From NCBI GenBank assembly GCA_965209085.1, contig OZ242376.1:1408001-1472000 (forward strand): a stretch of 64,000 bases of DNA, given 5' to 3'. Position 1 is the stretch's first letter. Every line of letters starts with the position of its first letter. Of this stretch, positions 59,171 to 64,000 are shown piece after piece. A program made the translations under genes and the position numbers. The notes under the pieces were generated by a model. The model was not told where the DNA came from and did not search any database. It saw nothing but the letters and a program-made list of their open reading frames with translations. The DNA comes from Nitrosopumilaceae archaeon (GTDB taxonomy: Archaea; Thermoproteota; Nitrososphaeria; Nitrososphaerales; Nitrosopumilaceae).

Positions 59171-60628
59171 ATGAAGCGCGACTATGACGTCATAATAGCA
59201 GGTGGAGGATTGGCAGGAACGATTGCAGCACAATCCGTGCACAAATATTCTAATGGAAATTTATCCATTTTGGTTATAGATCGCAGCCCAGAGCACATGC
59301 CGGGAAGCAAGAGCGTTGCAGGATGGATCTGTGGCGATGCTGTAAGTAAAGAAACAGTTGACTATATGACAGAACGTTTAGGCACCAAATGGGAGAGTCC
59401 GGAGATTGAACACAAAGTAAAGGGAGTAATGGCGTTTTCTCCTGACAGGCAGACATCAATACCTTTTGACGGGGACGGGTACATGTTGAACAGAAAACTA
59501 CTTCCCGAGAGACAGAATCAAAGATGTAAAAATATGGGAATAGAATTTGCATACAAGACCAATCTTGGCGGATTGTTGTATGAAAACGGCCAAGTAACCG
59601 GTGTGCGCGGGACGGGTTCAGATGGAGCAGCATTCAAAAAAACTGCCAGTATTGTAATTGATGCAACCGGAATTACGTCCATGCTGCGCAACCAGATTGA
59701 AAATACCACAAAGATTGAAAAAAAGATAGACAGACACGATATAGAGTCAACCGGCAGGCACATTATGGACTTTGAAACAGGAGAGGAGGATCTTACCGAA
59801 TTTGATCCAGATTACTGTATAATACATCTAGATCAGGATATTGCGCCAGGAGGATACGGCTGGGTTTTTCCAAAAGGCAAAAACAAAGTAAACATCGGCC
59901 TTGGCGTTGAAAAATCTCTTTTGGAGAAACGCAACAAGAGACTTGGACAAAATAGCAACGTATCCAAATTGATAAACGAATATGTAAAAAGAAACCGTGC
60001 GATAAAAAACCCCATCATATCCACTGACGAATCAGATGTATACAATGCCACCGGAAATTTCCAAGTCTCGGTGCGCCGGCAAAACGACTGTCTAGTTGCA
60101 GGTGGATTTATGCTTGTAGGCGATTCTGCATGGATGCCAAAACCGCTTGATGCGGGAGGAATAGGTCCGGCCCTGATTGCCGGTACGATTGTAGGCAAGT
60201 GTGCAGCTCTTGCAATTGAAAGCGGCGACTGTAGCGAATCAGGACTGTGGCAGTACAACAGGGAATTTATACGCGAATACGGATATAAAACGGCAGGTTT
60301 GGAAATTTTTCGAAGGCTGATTCAGACATTAAGCAACGATCAGATAAGTTACGGCATGAAACATTTTCTTGGCAATTTGGACGTGGAGGCAATATCAAAG
60401 GGTGAGCATCCTGATTTTGGCGCACTAGGTAAAATGGGCATGATGATACGCGGTATTTTGAACAAAAACCTAGCAAAGGGTCTGCGGTTTACTAGCGGAG
60501 AAAACAGATGGCTGACTGACCATTACAACAACTATCCAGAATCCCCCGAGGGTTTTGAGGCATGGAGTGCAAAACTGCGTACGCGTCTTGGGGATGCAAA
60601 TACAAAACTTGCAATGTATCAAAACTAG
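59171..60628 (+). CDS. Geranylgeranyl (DGGGPL) reductase family flavoprotein
   Basis: GGGLAG, ICGDAV, DATG, GYGWVFPK, VGDSA..PLDAGGI. Confidence 0.9.
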   Translation: MKRDYDVIIAGGGLAGTIAAQSVHKYSNGNLSILVIDRSPEHMPGSKSVAGWICGDAVSKETVDYMTERLGTKWESPEIEHKVKGVMAFSPDRQTSIPFDGDGYMLNRKLLPERQNQRCKNMGIEFAYKTNLGGLLYENGQVTGVRGTGSDGAAFKKTASIVIDATGITSMLRNQIENTTKIEKKIDRHDIESTGRHIMDFETGEEDLTEFDPDYCIIHLDQDIAPGGYGWVFPKGKNKVNIGLGVEKSLLEKRNKRLGQNSNVSKLINEYVKRNRAIKNPIISTDESDVYNATGNFQVSVRRQNDCLVAGGFMLVGDSAWMPKPLDAGGIGPALIAGTIVGKCAALAIESGDCSESGLWQYNREFIREYGYKTAGLEIFRRLIQTLSNDQISYGMKHFLGNLDVEAISKGEHPDFGALGKMGMMIRGILNKNLAKGLRFTSGENRWLTDHYNNYPESPEGFEAWSAKLRTRLGDANTKLAMYQN

Positions 60629-60696
60629 ATGTATTTACGCTCATTCGTGTTTTTATTGGTAAAAATTCTTAAGTTTGCCGTATTTTGAATAACTGT

Positions 60697-61344
60697 ATGG
60701 CTACGGATGCACGCATACTGGATTTGGTTGCAGAACTGATACGCAAGGGTCACGGCGAAATGCACGTTTTGGAGAGGATAAAAAGGGCGGCACTGCAAAA
60801 CGAGGTAATATCCGTGAACGAGCGAAGGTACATTGAATCTCTTGCGGAAAAATTTCTTAGGCTGAATGAAACAAAACAAACGCCAAAACCTGTTGCAGAA
60901 CCCATTTTGGCGCCGCAAACAAAACCTGTACCGCATGCAGAGTATGCACCTGCGAGGATAAAAAAACTCCGTATACCGATAAAAAAAATCTTAATGGTTG
61001 CAATAATATCCGCAATTGCAGCAGCTGCATACGCTGGTGTAAACACGTTTGGTTTTCCAGGTGCAGATACTGCACCTGTTTTTGAATTTTCCATAAATAC
61101 TGATGCTGTAAATTATCGCATAGGCGACATTGTTTCCGTGTACGGGAGTGCAAAAAAGGATGTAAAAATATCCGTACTAGATACATCCAACAACATTGTT
61201 TGGTTTGATGAGATCTCACCGGATTCTTCGTACAGTTATTCCATACTCATAATAGCGGCCGGAGACGGTTGGAATGCTGGAGAATATACTGTCATGGCAT
61301 CATACGGTGCAGAATATGATTCTGTAAAAATTACCATGCAATAG
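60697..61344 (+). CDS. Single-pass membrane protein with a C-terminal Ig-like domain
   Basis: Charged N-terminal domain, Pro-rich linker, TM, then INTDAVNYRIGDIVSVYG...GEYTVMASYG. Confidence 0.75.
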   Translation: MATDARILDLVAELIRKGHGEMHVLERIKRAALQNEVISVNERRYIESLAEKFLRLNETKQTPKPVAEPILAPQTKPVPHAEYAPARIKKLRIPIKKILMVAIISAIAAAAYAGVNTFGFPGADTAPVFEFSINTDAVNYRIGDIVSVYGSAKKDVKISVLDTSNNIVWFDEISPDSSYSYSILIIAAGDGWNAGEYTVMASYGAEYDSVKITMQ

Positions 61345-61351
61345 GCTGCGT

Positions 61352-61912
61352 TTATTCATATACCATTAGATCTTTTTCTTCAAGCATTGCGTGAAGATTG
61401 TTTATCGAACGGTATACGTCTGATTCTTTTTTTGCGCCAGTACAGACAAGCTTGCCGGATGCAAACAGCAGAATGACGGTTTTTGGATCCACCATGCGGT
61501 GTATGAGACCTGGAAACTGTTCTGGCTCGTACATGCTTCGCGGCAGTACCCTGGCTGCTTTTTCCAAATGTATTTTGCCTCCAAGATTTATGGCAGCCAC
61601 TATGTTTTGAACCGTGACAACTGCGTCTTTTTTAATATCAATTTTTTTTTCCCGCAGTTTTTGCACCACGGTGCGGACCGCTTTAATTGCCATCTCTTCG
61701 GATTTTGCGCCAGTGCAGACCATTTTACCGGTTCGAAATATCAGCGTGGCAGTGCGAGGATTTTCCAATCTGAATACAAGTCCTGGAAACTGTTCTGGGT
61801 GGTATTCTGTCTTTGGGTGTTTTTTTGTAACCTCGATTAGGTCGATTTTTTGGTCTACGGAAGCAGATGCGACCACATTTTCTACGCTAATTACTGGTTT
61901 TGTCTGCGGCAT
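61352..61912 (-). CDS. tbp: TATA-box binding protein
   Basis: Two repeats: YHPEQFPGL and YEPEQFPGL. Confidence 0.98.
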   Translation of the reverse strand: MPQTKPVISVENVVASASVDQKIDLIEVTKKHPKTEYHPEQFPGLVFRLENPRTATLIFRTGKMVCTGAKSEEMAIKAVRTVVQKLREKKIDIKKDAVVTVQNIVAAINLGGKIHLEKAARVLPRSMYEPEQFPGLIHRMVDPKTVILLFASGKLVCTGAKKESDVYRSINNLHAMLEEKDLMVYE

Positions 61913-62014
61913 GAGTAATGTTCAGGCTCACTATATATAAACTACTTAAGCCGGCGAATATTTTGACATTTTTTGCCGATATGCATATGCCAATTTTACA
62001 AAATTTTCTGATTG

Positions 62015-62419
62015 TTAGTGGCGCCCTATCCACCGATACCTAAACTCTTCATCGATGATTTCCGATTTTAGATGTTTTGTAGAATGTACTGGCATGGGCA
62101 TTTTGATCCTAAAGAATCCCGGCTTGCCTTTGCACGGTATTGGAACGCGCAGTCTCTTTGGGTTTTTTAGAGCAATCATGCATGAACCGTTCTCATCAAA
62201 AATGCAAGAGTCAATCTTTGCATACCCCACGATGGCTCCGGTAACCAGATTTTTACAGTCCATACCTAGCCGGATGCATTCACTTTTGCAGATGCGTATG
62301 GGCGAATGTATGTAAAGTCTGTCAGGGGAATATTTTTGTACAAAAGGCACGAATGTTTTTTCTCCAGACATGCACAGTTCAGCATACGGTTGTCTTAACG
62401 AGCGGCACGTTATGTACAT
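62015..62419 (-). CDS. ASCH-domain protein (divergent)
   Basis: SLRQPYAEL..GEK, LYIH, GAIVG, PIPCKGKPGFF. Confidence 0.8.
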   Translation of the reverse strand: MYITCRSLRQPYAELCMSGEKTFVPFVQKYSPDRLYIHSPIRICKSECIRLGMDCKNLVTGAIVGYAKIDSCIFDENGSCMIALKNPKRLRVPIPCKGKPGFFRIKMPMPVHSTKHLKSEIIDEEFRYRWIGRH

Positions 62420-62540
62420 TGAATTTTCAGTCAAATCCGCAGACGGGAATTCATGGAGGTTTGAATATGTTTCGTTTTATTTGAATCAAATAATGCGGAT
62501 TTTACCACAACTTTTATCCATGCATGCGGATTTGTATCAT

Positions 62541-63296
62541 ATGGCACTTTTGTCGGTAAGAGATATTAAAAAAAACTTTGGCGGGGTTACCGTACTTGAC
62601 GGCGTGAATATGGATTTGGAGTCAGGTAAAATATACCAGCTGATAGGATCCAACGGTAGCGGCAAGACCACCCTGATCGACATCATAAGCGGACGAATAC
62701 GCTCTGATGGCGGAAGCGTAACACTTGACGGAAATGACATAACACATGCAGGACAGCTTGACACGTATCGGGCAGGTCTTGCAAGAACGTTTCAGATACC
62801 TAGACCCTTTCGCAAGCTTACCACCATTGAAAACATGTCAGTATCAGCAAATGAAAACCCTGGCGAATCATTTCTAAGGGCGTCCATTTACAGGCTTTGG
62901 CGCAAACGCGAACGTCAGGTGTATGAAAAAGCATCGTCGGTCGTAAAATGGATCGGCCTTGATGCAAGAGCTAATGAGGAGAGTCAAAATTTGAGCGGGG
63001 GGCAGCAAAAACTGTTAGAAACAGGCAGAGTGATGATGATAAATCCCAAAATTGTGCTGCTTGATGAGCCAATCGCGGGAGTAAACCCTACGCTAGCGCA
63101 CCACATATTCAAAAAGATACGCGAGTTGGCAGTGGGGAAAAACGTCACGTTTCTTATTATAGAGCACAGGCTTGACATATCACTTGATTATATGGATCAC
63201 GTTTTCGCACTTGACGGTGGGCGCATAATAGCGCACGGCGGATCTGATGAAATTTTAAAACATCCGGCCGTAATAGAGTCATATCTTGGTGAATAG
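62541..63296 (+). CDS. livG: Branched-chain amino acid ABC transporter ATPase, LivG-like
   Basis: GSNGSGKTT, ARTFQIPRPF, LSGGQ, LLDEP.AG, IEH, V.ESYLG. Confidence 0.88.
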   Translation: MALLSVRDIKKNFGGVTVLDGVNMDLESGKIYQLIGSNGSGKTTLIDIISGRIRSDGGSVTLDGNDITHAGQLDTYRAGLARTFQIPRPFRKLTTIENMSVSANENPGESFLRASIYRLWRKRERQVYEKASSVVKWIGLDARANEESQNLSGGQQKLLETGRVMMINPKIVLLDEPIAGVNPTLAHHIFKKIRELAVGKNVTFLIIEHRLDISLDYMDHVFALDGGRIIAHGGSDEILKHPAVIESYLGE

Positions 63297-63297
63297 G

Positions 63298-64000
63298 ATG
63301 GAAAAATATGCCATAAGAGTAAAGGGGATAAGATCAGGATACGGACAAAGTAACATACTCTTTGGCGTGGATTTTGAGGCCATAGAAAAAAAGATTACAG
63401 TAATTGTTGGTCCAAACGGCGGAGGAAAGAGCACTCTTCTAAAGAGCATATTCGGCCTTTGTACCATACACGAAGGTTCTGTAGAATATTTTGGAAAAAA
63501 CATTACCTCAAAGCAGCCCCACACCATATCGCGCATGGGGGTGGCATATCTGCCGCAGACAAACAACGTGTTTACAAATCTAACCATACGTGAAAATCTC
63601 TCAATGGCAGCATACGCTGTCAGTGAATCAGCAAAGTTGCACAGAATTACAAGTGTGCTAGAATCGTTTCCATTTTTGCATCAAAGATCCGGCGCCAAAG
63701 CGGGTACGCTAAGCGGCGGACAAAAACAGATGCTAGCCATGGCAATGGCGCTGATGCGGGAGCCAAAGGTCATGCTCTTTGATGAACCTACTGCTAATCT
63801 TGCCCCAAAGATGGCCATGGAGGTAATGAAAAAAATATCCCAGATGCGCGAAGAGTTTGATGCTACAATTGTTCTAGTTGAGCAAAACGTGCGGCGCGCA
63901 CTGCAGATAGGCGATATGGCATATATTATAGCAAACGGCAAACTAGCATACAGTGGTTCGGTCAAAGAGCTGGCATCGCATCCGGATCTTGGCAGACTCT
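63298..64000 (+). CDS. livF: Branched-chain amino acid ABC transporter ATPase, LivF-like; runs off the window end
   Basis: Manual translation: GPNGGGKST, YLPQTNNVF, AGTLSGGQKQMLAM, FDEPTANLAP, VEQN. Confidence 0.88.
   Translation, partial: MEKYAIRVKGIRSGYGQSNILFGVDFEAIEKKITVIVGPNGGGKSTLLKSIFGLCTIHEGSVEYFGKNITSKQPHTISRMGVAYLPQTNNVFTNLTIRENLSMAAYAVSESAKLHRITSVLESFPFLHQRSGAKAGTLSGGQKQMLAMAMALMREPKVMLFDEPTANLAPKMAMEVMKKISQMREEFDATIVLVEQNVRRALQIGDMAYIIANGKLAYSGSVKELASHPDLGRL

Overview
Mostly core genome of an ammonia-oxidising archaeon (Nitrososphaeria/Thaumarchaeota, Nitrosopumilaceae-like). The assignment rests on the fused RpoA'/A'', PEFG-CTERM surface proteins, a transketolase-RPE fusion and type 1 IDI. 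A liv-type ABC transporter and decayed IS elements hint at a host-associated (e.g. sponge) lineage. Contents: the rpoH-B-A-L30e-nusA-S12-S7 operon, 5S rRNA, four tRNAs (one with two introns), four PEFG-CTERM genes, larC-larE-iscS, leuS, aIF2-gamma, primase, an isoprenoid cluster, thermosome, a cobalamin cluster, a DEAD-box helicase with a 7 x 63 bp RGG-type repeat, and TBP. The most notable unexplained signal is a family of ~50-70 bp end repeats (core AAGAAGATCCATA...AAGTTTACAG). They bracket, in inverted orientation, both AT-rich accessory islands (26170-27355 and ~56583-58471). These islands carry defence/toxin-like cargo (HNH remnant, Pycsar-effector-like membrane gene, HicBA-like pair) but no intact transposase or integrase, making them a candidate non-autonomous cargo-cassette element family. 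All calls come from reading the sequence; no searches were run.
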